Origin: Octopus bimaculoides | Taxonomy: Eukaryota | Assembly (NCBI RefSeq): GCF_001194135.2 | Contig: NC_068981.1 | Span: 46,427,136-46,467,357 of the forward strand | Length of the DNA: 40,222 bases | Direction: 5' to 3' | Shown: positions 1 to 12,797 of the stretch, piece after piece | Layout: every line of letters starts with the position of its first letter | Numbering within the stretch: the first letter of the stretch is position 1 | The notes under the pieces: model-generated | Seen by the model: the letters and a program-made list of their open reading frames with translations, nothing else | What the model was told of the DNA's origin: nothing | Databases searched by the model: none | Position numbers and translations under genes: made by a program

Positions 1-787
1 ATATATATATATATATAAGTGTGTGTGTGTGTGTGTGTGTGTGTGTATCTATGCCTGAATGTATAAGTAAAAAGACTGCACACACATCATCAAATATGTG
101 CATACACACACAAACACACACACACATACATATATATACCTATATATATGTATACACTTATATAAATTCGTGTATCTATGCGTACATATGTATCTATTCA
201 CTCTATATATATTCGAATACATATCTATGTTATACTTATATATACACATATACCTTGTACGTATGCATCTCTGTAAGTAAATATGTGTATCTCTATACAC
301 ATAATCTCATTTAAAGACAGATACTTACTTACAAAGAAGGTGAAAGATACGTATTTACATATATAAATAGCAAAGAGAGAAAAAAAGTATAAACCAAAGA
401 AACTGAAAAGAATAGCATTTTAAAATATTGCCATGGGCCACATTTGCTAACTTATGGTTGGCAAGATTGATTTGCGGGTTCGTGGAGACGTTTGCTTTGA
501 CAAAAACAAGCGATAGTGATGAGAGATCATGTACAAAAAATAGCAAAAATATAAAATAAAATAAATTAACTTGGCAGAAATATACGTCAGATAATCATAA
601 CTGACAGCAATATATTCTTATTCTTCTCAACCTTGCAAGGGTGCTGACACTTTTGTTGCTTAGTGCTCTGAAGTCATTAATTTGCTCTGAATGTAGAAAA
701 AAATACAGTCTCGTAGTTACTGTCTGTTATTCTTACATTTCCAAACGCTATTATATAGAAATGTTTTGTTTTCTTTTCTTTTTACAG

Positions 788-814
788 AATTTATTTAATT
801 ATTGAAATACCATT
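788..814 (+). CDS. Candidate micro-exon (unverified), (x)IYLIIEIP
   Basis: Strong acceptor ttttgttttcttttctttttacag, GTTAGT donor at 815 (alternative at 819), one open frame. Confidence 0.2.
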
Positions 815-859
815 GTTAGTTAGTGTGCATGTTACATTTTTTTTCTTACATAATTTCAC

Positions 860-896
<37 letters not shown>

Positions 897-1233
897 NNNN
901 NNNNNNNNNNNNNNNNNNNNNNNNNNNNNNNNNNNNNNNNNNNNNNNNNNNNNNNNNNNNNNNNNNNNNNNNNNNNNNNNNNNNNNNNNNNNNNNNNNNN
1001 NNNNNNNNNNNNNNNNNNNNNNNNNNNNNNNNNNNNNNNNNNNNNNNNNNNNNNNNNNNNNNNNNNNNNNNNNNNNNNNNNNNNNNNNNNNNNNNNNNNN
1101 NNNNNNNNNNNNNNNNNNNNNNNNNNNNNNNNNNNNNNNNNNNNNNNNNNNNNNNNNNNNNNNNNNNNNNNNNNNNNNNNNNNNNNNNNNNNNNNNNNNN
1201 NNNNNNNNNNNNNNNNNNNNNNNNNNNNNNNNN

Positions 1234-1305
<72 letters not shown>

Positions 1306-2433
1306 GGTATATATATGTATGCAGATATGTATGTGTTCACAAGTTACTGAGCATTAGAAAATCTAAGTTAAAATTAGCCTATTAAACTTTCATTTTTCAA
1401 TCCTTTCTTTGGAACAGTTAACACTGGTTAACACATACCGTTATCTTCTTTATAAGCAGATAAAGACATTATCTTTTCATGTGTCACGATTGATTGACCA
1501 TTCATCAGATTATAAGTACACCATCATTCTCCCGCTCTCAGTAAGAAATTGTAGCAATTATATTTTTAAAATCAAACACTCATAAGAACGCCTGGCTAGA
1601 CAATTAAATATATAGACTGCATAGCTATGCAATTTATATATATTTAGTGAGTTTAAGTGTATTAAATGTATACATGTACATGTGTGTATATGTGTATGTA
1701 TTTATGGGCACACGTTTGTGCGTATTATGTATGTATGTATGTATGTACGGATGGATGGATGGATATTAAAGAAATGTCAAGTATGGATGTATCGGAGTTT
1801 CCATACAACACTCACACAACTAAAGCTTAAAATTCTAATTTAACGAAATGTTTTCCATCAAGCTACACTCTCCCACTACATGCAAAAAGACGGGATAATA
1901 ATAATTCACTGATTACCGAATTGCTTTCACCTTCCAAAACTTACATATCCTCTAAAAACACGAAGTGTGTTGCCATAAACACATCTGTTATACTCTCATT
2001 TATGTATACACTTTATGTCCAGTGCTGTATTAGTTTCTCTTCTTTTGCCAAAAGGATATCTACCATCGTCTCCAAAATAATTTAACCCACACTTTCTCAG
2101 CATTGTTGTCTTTTGTAAATGGTAAAGCGGCGGGGCACGTTTTTGTTCTTGATCTGAGATGTGTATCCCACTTTATATTGCAAAGTGGAGGGAAATTCTT
2201 CTCGAAAATATTCGTCTCCTTTCTATTCATCGCGCCATCCTATCCGCGTAAGCGCTAATTTCTGGGATCCACTTCACGCTCATTTGCGATGCAAGGATTA
2301 AAGCCAAGTCGTCTGAATATAACACGTTATTCTCTGAAATACATTAAACTTGTATTCAATGTATAGTAATAATTAATCTTAATAATACAGGATAGTTCCG
2401 ACAGGAATACATTTCATTAAACTGTCCTGTCAA

Positions 2434-2491
2434 ATCTGACTTGGGACATAAATAAAATCCAGATCTGACTCGGACATAAATAAAAGTCCAA
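2434..2491. repeat. 29-bp tandem duplication (2 imperfect units)
   Basis: atctgacttgggacataaataaaatccag is followed directly by atctgactcggacataaataaaagtccaa. It lies in the stretch interrupting the RT remnant upstream of the YxDD motif. Confidence 0.85.
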
Positions 2492-3040
2492 ATGGAAACT
2501 CCTTAATTCCACTACAATATTTTTTCCTTTCACACTCAAACATAGTACCCAGAGCAAGGTCCGCATCATCACCAATCTCTTCATATACAATTTATATACA
2601 CATATATTTTCAGAATTTTGGAAGCATAATACATGACCACTGCATAGAAACCTTGTTGATTCCCTCAGCCGTCTACTTATCGTTCTCCTATCAAATATCT
2701 CAAATATGCAAAAGGATCATTTCCGCTAAAATAGTGATTCCATCTCCATTCGTAAAGTCTACCAATATTGATGCTATAGGCCAGTTTTCCTTTCTTTTCC
2801 ATATTTCTCTCTGAAGTCTCGAAAGTGTACGTGTGTGTATTTGAATGTGTGTCTGTGTGTCAGTGAGAGATTCGGTATAAACAGCGTCGCTGTATATAAT
2901 ATTTTGGGAGTAATTGTTTGCGTATAGCATAAAAATCTACGGCATCATTTCTTTTTATTATTACTGAGATTGTTTCTATGCTACATATCACATATGCCAA
3001 AATGTTCCGTAGAATTTGTTCTTTCCATCTCACTCTGCAG

Positions 3041-3075
3041 AGATGGGGATCTTTTGAAAATATACTATACCAGAC
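3041..3075 (+). CDS. Candidate 35-nt exon (unverified), DGDLLKIYYTR or RWGSFENILYQ
   Basis: Acceptor ttgttctttccatctcactctgcag and donor GTAAGT. It lies antisense within the RTE remnant. Confidence 0.2.
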
Positions 3076-4708
3076 GTAAGTTTTCTTTAAGGTTAGATTA
3101 GGAGACACATAGCTATCTACTAAAGAAAATTACCAATAGCAGCCACCTAAACTTATACTTTCTACAATACTCAAGCTGTTAGTGCTTTCAGCTCATTAGT
3201 CCTGGTTACCTAGCATGACAAACCTCAAGAATTTCTTTTGCATCCGCGTTTTTCTATTATATGGTGACTGTCGGGTACTGAATGTAAATAAGGACCTCAT
3301 TGGTTCAATCATTATCAGAGGTCTTTCGACGGTCATTGACGCAACTACTTCAGCCAGAAACTACTTCCAGAAACATTAAAATTAATGTCTATAAATTGCC
3401 TACCAGTATACCTAATCGTTTCTACTGAAAAAATGTGATACTGCTGTTGTCTTCCTACACTTCAAAACAAAATTAAAAAGAAACAAAATTTTGTTATCAT
3501 TTAAATGGGCACTGGTATACATTTCTCAACTCAAGAACTACTGTAAAGTTTTTCCGTGGCTGGTCTCCCAAGTGAGAAAATACGTCTACTAATCAATCAA
3601 ATATCTTTTATTCCCCTCATGGTTTCTATGTGACATGAGTTATTTGATTTGGTTTATAAATCACATCTTGAGGGAGAGCTTCAAAACTAAATTTTCTTTT
3701 ATACTATTTCTTCACACAATTCACATCATTGTAAGAGTTTTTGTTTCATGTTTCTCGTTATCATATCATTGGCCAAACTTATCTGTATATTCACGCGAGT
3801 TATGCAAATTTCTTTCCTTTCTGTTTCGTATTTTTCACTGTTGCATTCATTTTTGTTTTTGTTATGTTATTGGCTGCATCATTAGAATCTTTAAGATGAC
3901 TATTGTTATCATTTTAGTAATATTTGGCAAGATAAATGTAATCGTTTCTTATTTATGTTGTTTATCTTCTCTTCGTTATTATTATTGTTGTTGATTAACC
4001 GTTGGTCACTGAAAATCCAGCAGCATTACGAATAAATGTCTTCCATCTGTAGACATTCAAGATGACTATATTTCGTATTCAACATGATCGATTCCGAGCT
4101 GGTAGATATTTGGCTGCTATTTCTATGGATTATTTTCAGCGATTATATTTTCCATAACTGCTTATATTGTTGATAACACGGATGTCATAACTATTAATCA
4201 CAAGGGTGGTTATTTCCGCTATCTCTCCTATAATGTTGTTATTTTTATTAGAGAAAACTTGTTCAATTGTCACCACACCGGACAGTTTGCAATATGGCTG
4301 TAGAATGATAGTAGTATAAAATGGCATAGAACAAAGTTTAGCTATAGAATGTTAAAGAAAAACGTAACGTTTAGGATGGCGAACCCTTCATAAAATTCGT
4401 AACAATACGATAAACACAGGAAGCTTAACATGTTTCAAATTAAACCGATGTGAAAGCAACAGAAACAGCCGCATCTTTAAGATACAAATCTCCGTAGCAA
4501 ATGGAACAGTAGATGACAGACAAAAGATCATGAGTATTGAGAGACAAGGCAAAAATGGCTTAGATAATCCATTTACTTGACTAATTGACTGATTGACTTC
4601 GGATACTTTTAATCTCATTACGAAATATAACTTTAAAAAAAAAACTCTATCAATGAACCGTAAGATTACAAATGTGATAAATATTTAGAATAAGAAATTC
4701 ATTTGCAG

Positions 4709-4758
4709 GTGATTTGTTTGTCGATCCCGTCGTAGGCAGCACTTATGCTGCTTATTAA
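4709..4758 (+). CDS. Candidate terminal coding exon (unverified), DLFVDPVVGSTYAAY*
   Basis: Moderate acceptor aaattcatttgcag, phase-compatible with 3041-3075, ends in TAA. Confidence 0.15.
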
Positions 4759-5132
4759 GAAAAGCATAATGGGAATATACTGACGATACGTAAACAATGG
4801 TTGAAGTGATTTGAACTTAAAACTTACAGCAATCTAGAGAAATACTGCGAAATATTTATTCCTGTATTATATTGATTATGGCTGTCGGCCACGATGAAGG
4901 GTGGACACAGTTGATTTAGGTCGAACATGTTTCATATATTTTTAAACTCTGACTAGATGATAGATGTGTTTATACCACCATGAGATGAATACTTACATAA
5001 ATGGAACTAAATTACTTAAGTCATTTTTTGAGAATAATAGCGGCTTATTATGCGCCACCACCCTAACACAAAGCATTAATTCATTAAAACTGATGTAGCC
5101 AATTATAAGAAATAAATATCTATTCATAACAA

Positions 5133-5232
5133 AGGAAATAAACATTCCTTGCTCAGGAAGACAATGTTTCGCCCTATCCAGGAATCGAACTGATAAGCGT
5201 ATTGTTTTGAGCCTAACATCCTAACTATTAGG
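5133..5232 (-). mobile_element. tRNA-derived SINE head fragment
   Basis: ccttgctcaggaagacaatg...ccaggaatcgaac...aacatcctaactattagg is the reverse complement of an A-box/B-box head similar to the one at 38293. Confidence 0.55.
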
Positions 5233-5988
5233 TGGTGTATCTTATCCAAATACATTATTGCATGTACTTTTAGGTGGAATATTATGTCCGTTTGTGCGCT
5301 GGATATCAAATATTATGGTATTGATTAGATACTAAGTATGCTTTACTATTTTACTCATCAGTCATATTAGTCGAGAAAATTAGAGATTAAACGAATTTAT
5401 TAAATGGAATTTGATCTTAAGATAAGTTTTATATAAAGTTTTTCATTCACTTTATTTGTTATTATTTCTTTATTTTTTACTCTACGAGCAATTTTGTTTG
5501 GATAGAATACTCTTTGTATACTTCACAAAATATCTGGAACCCTCGAAGGGCAAAATCTGGGAAATATTTTCTTTCGGAATATAATCCGTTATAACACTGT
5601 TATATATCTAAATTTCTTCAGCTCACTATAATTATTATTGCTTTTTGTGAGTTTTTATTTTTTTTATTTTTTGCTTTTCTTTACTTTATTATTATTATTA
5701 TTTATTTATTATTATTACTATTATTTTGCTTTTCGTTCTTTTTATAGTATAGGTCTGTTTCACCAAGGATGATTACTCTGGTCACTAACACAGTTTGACA
5801 AATTTCTTACTTTCAGTGAAACAGCGTTGCTGAAATATACAGCTTAAAACAGACCAATTCTGAAGTAACATGACCGTATACACTTAAATGCACTACTCTT
5901 TTACGGTATGTTTCATTCTGTAATATAAACGAGAGCTCGGAGACTCATATTGTAAAATAACAATTGGAGCTACTTCACTGAAATGAAC

Positions 5989-6020
5989 ATAATAATAATA
6001 ATAATAATAGTAATAATAAT

Positions 6021-6057
<37 letters not shown>

Positions 6058-6090
6058 GTAATAATAATATTAATAATAATAATAATAATA
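5989..6090. repeat. (TAA)n microsatellite with an internal 48-bp higher-order repeat
   Basis: The variant block tagtaataataatattaat recurs at about 6008 and about 6056. Confidence 0.95.
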
Positions 6091-6297
6091 CAATAAATTT
6101 TCTAGTATTAACCAGAAAGGAAAAGTCAGAATTATCATCTCAATTGTTTATACATTTAACAGCAAACTTCCTGAGAACATAAAAGAAATAGAAGTATGAA
6201 GAGATACAGTACAAGAAAAGATAATAAAAATGAATATGTGATATTGTATAAGGGACCAATATCATCAGAACAATTTAAATTTTGACGTTTTTTGTAC

Positions 6298-6439
<142 letters not shown>

Positions 6440-8726
6440 TTTGGCCTAAACTGCAAGCAACTAGCTATTGAGTGGAAATCACATTTATTTTAAGATCAGG
6501 AGAATTTTGTGATGCATTGAATTAAATGAGCTGCACACAGATATTACCATTTGGACTGGATAGATATTTATAAGGCTAATTTTATCTACCACAGCGTCTT
6601 GGGGAATTGTCAGATAACTGCTAGCGTTTATCATTAGTTTCTAAATTAACCATGCTCGGAGACAACTTGTCTAAGTGATTTATCTCTACCAAGCGTTCTT
6701 TAATATTTTCTGTGCGGTCAATTAAGGAACTGCAATAAAATTAGTGAATTATTAATTCATATCCTTCTCTGTGATCGACATTTTAGTATATATATATATA
6801 TATNNNNNNNNNNNNNNNNNNNNNNNNNNNNNNNNNNNNNNNNNNNNNNNNNNNNNNNNNNNNNNNNNNNNNNNNNNNNNNNNNNNNNNNNNNNNNNNNN
6901 NNNNNNNNNNNNNNNNNNNNNNNNNNNNNNNNNNNNNNNNNNNNNNNNNNNNNNNNNNNNNNNNNNNNNNNNNNNNNNNNNNNNNNNNNNNNNNNNNNNN
7001 NNNNNNNNNNNNNNNNNNNNNNNNNNNNNNNNNNNNNNNNNNNNNNNNNNNNNNNNNNNNNNNNNNNNNNNNNNNNNNNNNNNNNNNNNNNNNNNNNNNN
7101 NNNNNNNNNNNNNNNNNNNNNNNNNNNNNNNNNNNNNNNNNNNNNNNNNNNNNNNNNNNNNNNNNNNNNNNNNNNNNNNNNNNNNNNNNNNNNNNNNNNN
7201 NNNNNNNNNNNNNNNNNNNNNNNNNNNNNNNNNNNNNNNNNNNNNNNNNNNNNNNNNNNNNNNNNNNNNNNNNNNNNNNNNNNNNNNNNNNNNNNNNNNN
7301 NNNNNNNNNNNNNNNNNNNNNNNNNNNNNNNNNNNNNNNNNNNNNNNNNNNNNNNNNNNNNNNNNNNNNNNNNNNNNNNNNNNNNNNNNCATTAATATAT
7401 TTATGGACGTATGTAAGAATGAATATATTTGTATGTATGTATATATGTATATATATATGTATATATAAATATATACATATATATGTGTGCGTGTGTGTGT
7501 GTGTATATAAATATGCATATACATATATATATATATATGTATGTATGTATGTATATATGCATCTATGTATATATGTTTTTATACACAAATATATATTTAT
7601 GTATATACGTATTTCCTGTCTAACACGCACATGCATTAACTCACTCTTTCTCTCTTTCTCTCTTTCTCTCTCTTTTTCCAATGCATCTCTCTCATATCTG
7701 TCGTCGTTTTTCTCCTCTCATCAGCCTCTATGTCTCTTCCCGTTATTACTTAATGAGACAACATTTCAACTACAAACGAGCGTGATGCAAAATATAATTC
7801 GTCTCTGATACGAGAATTTTCCCAGATTAGTAACATAATCGCGTATTCTAACAAACATTTCGTGCTAAGCAAGGTGGTAAAAATGACAAATTGGAGTCTC
7901 TCTTTAAATAGAATAACTGATGAGAAATTGTATTTTGATACACGAAATAAAGATGTTGGCGATAGCTAACAAGGTTCCACTCAGCGCATTATCATGTTTA
8001 CTACGTAAAGTGATATTGTATAAATTGACCTTTATGTAGCAGCATTTCTCTCTTTATATAGTCTACAATGGCACTTTATTTGCACATTTATGAATTTTTC
8101 ATTTATGAGCAGATAAGTATATGTATATATGTATGTACTTATGAATATCTATTTCTTAGATTCTCACATATTAATGTTTGGGGAGTTTCGTATAGATTTT
8201 CTAAAATATAATGAAATGGCAAATATGGAAGGATTATAAGATAATACTTTATGTGTGTGTGNNNNNNNNNNATATACAGTATAGTATAGCTCGTAAAGCA
8301 GAAATCGGCATTGTTGAGGTGAACAGATGGAAATTACATACTCATCTATAGTGAAGCAGTTTGATAGTCACCTACTCGCGAGCGTCTGCACTATCTTACT
8401 CATATGTACAGACAAACTAAACAAATGTTTAAGAGAAATATCTTATGCATGCCGTATCAAATCAGCATTTATTTCTATCCGTCTTTGTTATATCGATCTA
8501 CGCTTTACTCTCTGTATATTATGGACTATTTTTCGCATCTCCACCATCTCTCAAACTCTCTCTCGTTCGCTCTCCATATCTCTCATCATACACGCACACA
8601 CACTCACACACACACATATATAATGTATATATATATATGTTTGCATTTGAATATATACATATATATATATACATGTCTGTATTTAGATATATATATGTAC
8701 CTGTTTGTGTGTGTATATACATGTAA

Positions 8727-8770
<44 letters not shown>

Positions 8771-10406
8771 NNNNNNNNNNNNNNNNNNNNNNNNNNNNNN
8801 NNNNNNNNNNNNNNNNNNNNNNNNNNNNNNNNNNNNNNNNNNNNNNNNNNNNNNNNNNNNNNNNNNNNNNNNNNNNNNNNNNNNNNNNNNNNNNNNNNNN
8901 NNNNNNNNNNNNNNNNNNNNNNNNNNNNNNNNNNNNNNNNNNNNNNNNNNNNNNNNNNNNNNNNNNNNNNNNNNNNNNNNNNNNNNNNNNNNNNNNNNNN
9001 NNNNNNNNNNNNNNNNNNNNNNNNNNNNNNNNNNNNNNNNNNNNNNNNNNNNNNNNNNNNNNNNNNNNNNNNNNNNNNNNNNNNNNNNNNNNNNNNNNNN
9101 NNNNNNNNNNNNNNNNNNNNNNNNNNNNNNNNNNNNNNNNNNNNNNNNNNNNNNNNNNNNNNNNNNNNNNNNNNNNNNNNNNNNNNNNNNNNNNNNNNNN
9201 NNNNNNNNNNNNNNNNNNNNNNNNNNNNNNNNNNNNNNNNNNNNNNNNNNNNNNNNNNNNNNNNNNNNNNNNNNNNNNNNNNNNNNNNNNNNNNNNNNNN
9301 NNNNNNNNNNNNNNNNNNNNNNNNNNNNNNNNNNNNNNNNNNNNNNNNNNNNNNNNNNNNNNNNNNNNNNNNNNNNNNNNNNNNNNNNNNNNNNNNNNNN
9401 NNNNNNNNNNNNNNNNNNNNNNNNNNNNNNNNNNNNNNNNNNNNNNNNNNNNNNNNNNNNNNNNNNNNNNNNNNNNNNNNNNNNNNNNNNNNNNNNNNNN
9501 NNNNNNNNNNNNNNNNNNNNNNNNNNNNNNNNNNNNNNNNNNNNNNNNNNNNNNNNNNNNNNNNNNNNNNNNNNNNNNNNNNNNNNNNNNNNNNNNNNNN
9601 NNNNNNNNNNNNNNNNNNNNNNNNNNNNNNNNNNNNNNNNNNNNNNNNNNNNNTATATATATACAGAAATCAAAAGGAGAGGGAGAGGAAGAGAGGGAAA
9701 GAGAGAACGTGAGAGGGGCAGATAGGAAAATAGTAAGACAGGAAGTAGGTAAATAAAAGCAATGTGTGTATATTTTCACTACCACTCAAATTTATCCTGT
9801 AAGATATTCACACAACTCCATATGAAATTATCCTTGTGTAGTGGTTTGCATGTATAGTCAATATATCTAAAATGTATTGTTCGTTTCCTATCATAAAGTA
9901 TAAAGTTTAGTGTTCACCGCATGTATCTACATATATCTCTCACATTTAATTTATCAACTATTTAAATTATAACTAAAGAATTTTTTACATGATATAATCT
10001 ACAACTATAAATTTCACATCTTTTCGTAATCTTCGGTAGCAAGCTATATGGCTTCGGACATTCTAGAACAATTGTCCATTTATCTTACTCCTGAGTAAAA
10101 ATCGTTCCAACTGATGTAAACTACAGCGTTCTATTTGATAGGGATATATTATAAGGAAGCATATCTGATGAGAGAGAAAATGCATTGAATAAGTTTACGT
10201 CAGATTCAACATTCTTTCAAATGCTATTCGTCTTCACATTATTGCTATCGGAGACAACAAATAATACTGCATTTAAATTCCTTTGAGTAAGTGTCGTATT
10301 TTCTCTACAAGACTTTTATTGCATATATCCTACCAAAGAGAGAAAACTTCGGAATGTGAAAGTGACCGTATCTGCATATTTATTTGAATGCCGTGTTATG
10401 ATACTG

Positions 10407-10444
<38 letters not shown>

Positions 10445-10703
10445 AACACATATGTATATATGCATATATACACATACATATATATACACATATATATNNN
10501 NNNNNNNNNNNNNNNNNNNNNNNNNNNNNNNNNNNNNNNNNNNNNNNNNNNNNNNNNNNNNNNNNNNNNNNNNNNNNNNNNNNNNNNNNNNNNNNNNNNN
10601 NNNNNNNNNNNNNNNNNNNNNNNNNNNNNNNNNNNNNNNNNNNNNNNNNNNNNNNNNNNNNNNNNNNNNNNNNNNNNNNNNNNNNNNNNNNNNNNNNNNN
10701 NNN

Positions 10704-10765
<62 letters not shown>

Positions 10766-11208
10766 AAACAGGAAACAAAACCAGAGAGATATAGAAGTAT
10801 ATGTGTATATGTATATTTGATATATATAAGTTTATACGTATATACTTATGTGTATATATGTACACATAGAAGCACACATAATGTTTGTATTTGTTTATAG
10901 GTTTAAGTTGTAATATATCGGGTTTTACTTAAGGCCATGAACAAATGTATAAATGTATATATAGAAATAAACATTCTGCACATATAGACGGTTTATACAA
11001 TGAAATATAGAATATAGATATACATATTCATTGCAAAGTTACTATATTCAAACCACTGTGTATGGAGAAAACTTTCCTCGTGTTCAGTATGCATATATGT
11101 TTAAACTGCATGCATACAGTCAGCAGAACTTATAGATACTAGTGCAATTATCTAGAAATTTATATCTTAATAATAATTGTGCAACACCTTGTTATTTGAA
11201 AAGTAGCT

Positions 11209-11431
11209 GATGTGACTGTTTCGTAAGCATATTGCTTCCCATACACATGCTTCGGTTGTTCAATCCTACTGCGTGGCGCTTAGAGCTAATATCTTCTACT
11301 ATAGTCTCGAGTCGACCAACGCTTTTGAGCTCATTTGGTACGCGAAAACTAAGAGAATCATGTTGTATGCATGTGTGTATGTGTGTGTATGTGTTTGTGT
11401 GTGTGTGTGTTTGTGTGTGTGCGTGTGTGTG

Positions 11432-11530
<99 letters not shown>

Positions 11531-11690
11531 CTTCCAACCACTACAAACGTTTCACAACCGATGTCGGTGTGTTAACGGTTCAGCAATAGAAACCCATGGA
11601 ATGGGGTTACTTGTTCAACAAAAAAATACTACAGTGTGGAGATCCAGCATGGCCGTAGTGTAATGACTAAAGCAAGTGAAAGATAAAAAG
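11209..11690 (+). mobile_element. Octopus-type SINE with an internal (GT)n tract, near full length (family A here)
   Basis: Head ttgcttccc..acacatg...ttcaatcctactgcgtggc, body tcttctactatagtctcgagtcgaccaac, internal (GT)n, tail ccagcatggccgtagtgtaatgactaaagcaagtgaaagataaaaag. Homologous to copies at 22291, 36792, 15100 and 30815. Confidence 0.75.
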
Positions 11691-11957
11691 TCGTAGAAAA
11701 CACGCTAACTTTTTACAAATTTGTGTGAGTAATATTATTCTTTCAGCCCATATCAGAGCAATTAAATGATTATCATCTGTCTACTTCCAGGTTCTTTCTA
11801 ATATCTCTGAGTATGTTTCAAATCTGCAAGTGTTCATTCGTCTGTCTCAGCGACATGGTGTCTAAAAAATTTACTAAAAGAATAAATTGCTATGTAAATA
11901 ATAATATATCTGCAAGAAAATGCAAAGCGCCCCATGCATACTGTAGTTCTGTAAATT

Positions 11958-12087
11958 AACTAGTACTTATTTCATTGACCCCGGAAAGATGGAAGTCGGC
12001 ACCGGCTGAAATTAGAATGAAAATACTGGCAAAATACCGCTAGGCATTTTGTCTTCGTGCGAATGGAGTCGACCAGCTTGCAGCCTT
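11958..12087 (-). mobile_element. Octopus-type SINE (family B here), 5' portion
   Basis: tagtacttatttcattgaccccggaaagatggaag...aaataccgctaggcattttgtc...ccagcttgcagcctt is the reverse complement of the recalled aaggcggcgagctggcagaa... head. Confidence 0.7.
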
Positions 12088-12127
12088 AAACATCCTAGAA
12101 ATATTAAACACATGTATTATAAACTAA

Positions 12128-12262
12128 GGAAGACGACCAGCTGGCAGAAATGTAATCACATGAAATGCCTTGCGTTATTTGTTTCGAATCCCACCATGGT
12201 CTTCTTTGAGATTCATGCTTCCGTATCGGTTAGTACTTGAGTACTGGAATGTGAGATATCGG
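12128..12262 (+). mobile_element. Octopus-type SINE (family B), degenerate 5' portion
   Basis: gacgaccagctggcagaaatg...gaaatgccttgcgttattt...cgaatcccaccatggtc..ctttg..ttcatgcttccg is collinear with the reverse complement of 11958-12087. Confidence 0.55.
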
Positions 12263-12701
12263 CCAATCTAATCTGTACAAAATTACAAGCCGTATGCCTA
12301 TATTGGAAACCACAATCATTTGAAAATAGAAGGCGCACCATATACATTACTCCAGATAAGCCTAAATACATGACAATTGTTCGGAGTGGACTTTTCTCCA
12401 GTTACTCGGGGGGNNNNNNNNNNGTGAGCGTGCGCGCGTGTGTGCTTGTGTTTGTATGTTTAGACTGATACATACAATGATAATAATACCAGCTGCAAGC
12501 GAAACGTGCATACAACTCAATAATCCCCATTTTTCTCGTTACGCAGAAACTGTACAGGTGATTTGCCAACAGTCTATCTCTCCACCGATGGTCTGAATCT
12601 GTGTCTACCATTATTGGGGGAAGTAGTCAAGGGGGCTGAACACAAATGTTCACCACTGAGTTAGATTGGTTTCCTTTTTCTTACTCTTGTTGTTCGTGTA
12701 G

Positions 12702-12797
12702 GGAAATGGTTTATTATATCAAAATACATGGCTACCACTTTGTAATCGTCCAAAGAGTGATGGAAAACAGAATGAAACGAATGGTGATTTACATACA
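12702..12797 (+). CDS. Candidate 96-nt exon (unverified), GNGLLYQNTWLPLCNRPKSDGKQNETNGDLHT
   Basis: Strong acceptor ttcctttttcttactcttgttgttcgtgtag, donor GTACGT, length divisible by 3, two open frames. Confidence 0.25.

Larger units (their letters stand above)
1950..3110 (-). mobile_element. Highly degenerate non-LTR retrotransposon (RTE-like) reverse transcriptase remnant
   Basis: Manual minus-strand translation across frameshifts and stops gives RT motifs in the expected order: IFSKDPHLC (cf. PIFKKGD..C), RKQLLP, RLQREIWKRKENWPIASILVDF (cf. LRQI.EK..E....FVDF), KVSMQWSCIMLPKF (cf. GVRQGCILSP.LF), NNVLYSDDLALI (cf. NNLRYADD), YADRMA..MNRKET and FTKDNNAEK. May extend upstream to about 4600 (weak). 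Confidence 0.6.

Noticed and set aside
1608-1643. 14-bp perfect palindrome tgcatagctatgca with AT-rich extended arms
   Set aside because: Short, with low-complexity arms, and plausible by chance.
1985-2160. Minus-strand peptide ...KRAPPLY...RKCGLNYFGDDGRYPFGKRR resembling an amidated neuropeptide precursor, inside an AG...GTAAGT-bounded segment (2333-1945)
   Set aside because: No signal peptide, stops in all frames across the putative exon, and the region is better explained as the decayed RT remnant.
3635-4618. Hydrophobic ORFs 3635-3994 (+) and 4388-4618 (-) suggesting membrane proteins or a GPCR
   Set aside because: Composition follows T-rich DNA and no family motif is present. Possibly the upstream part of the RTE remnant.
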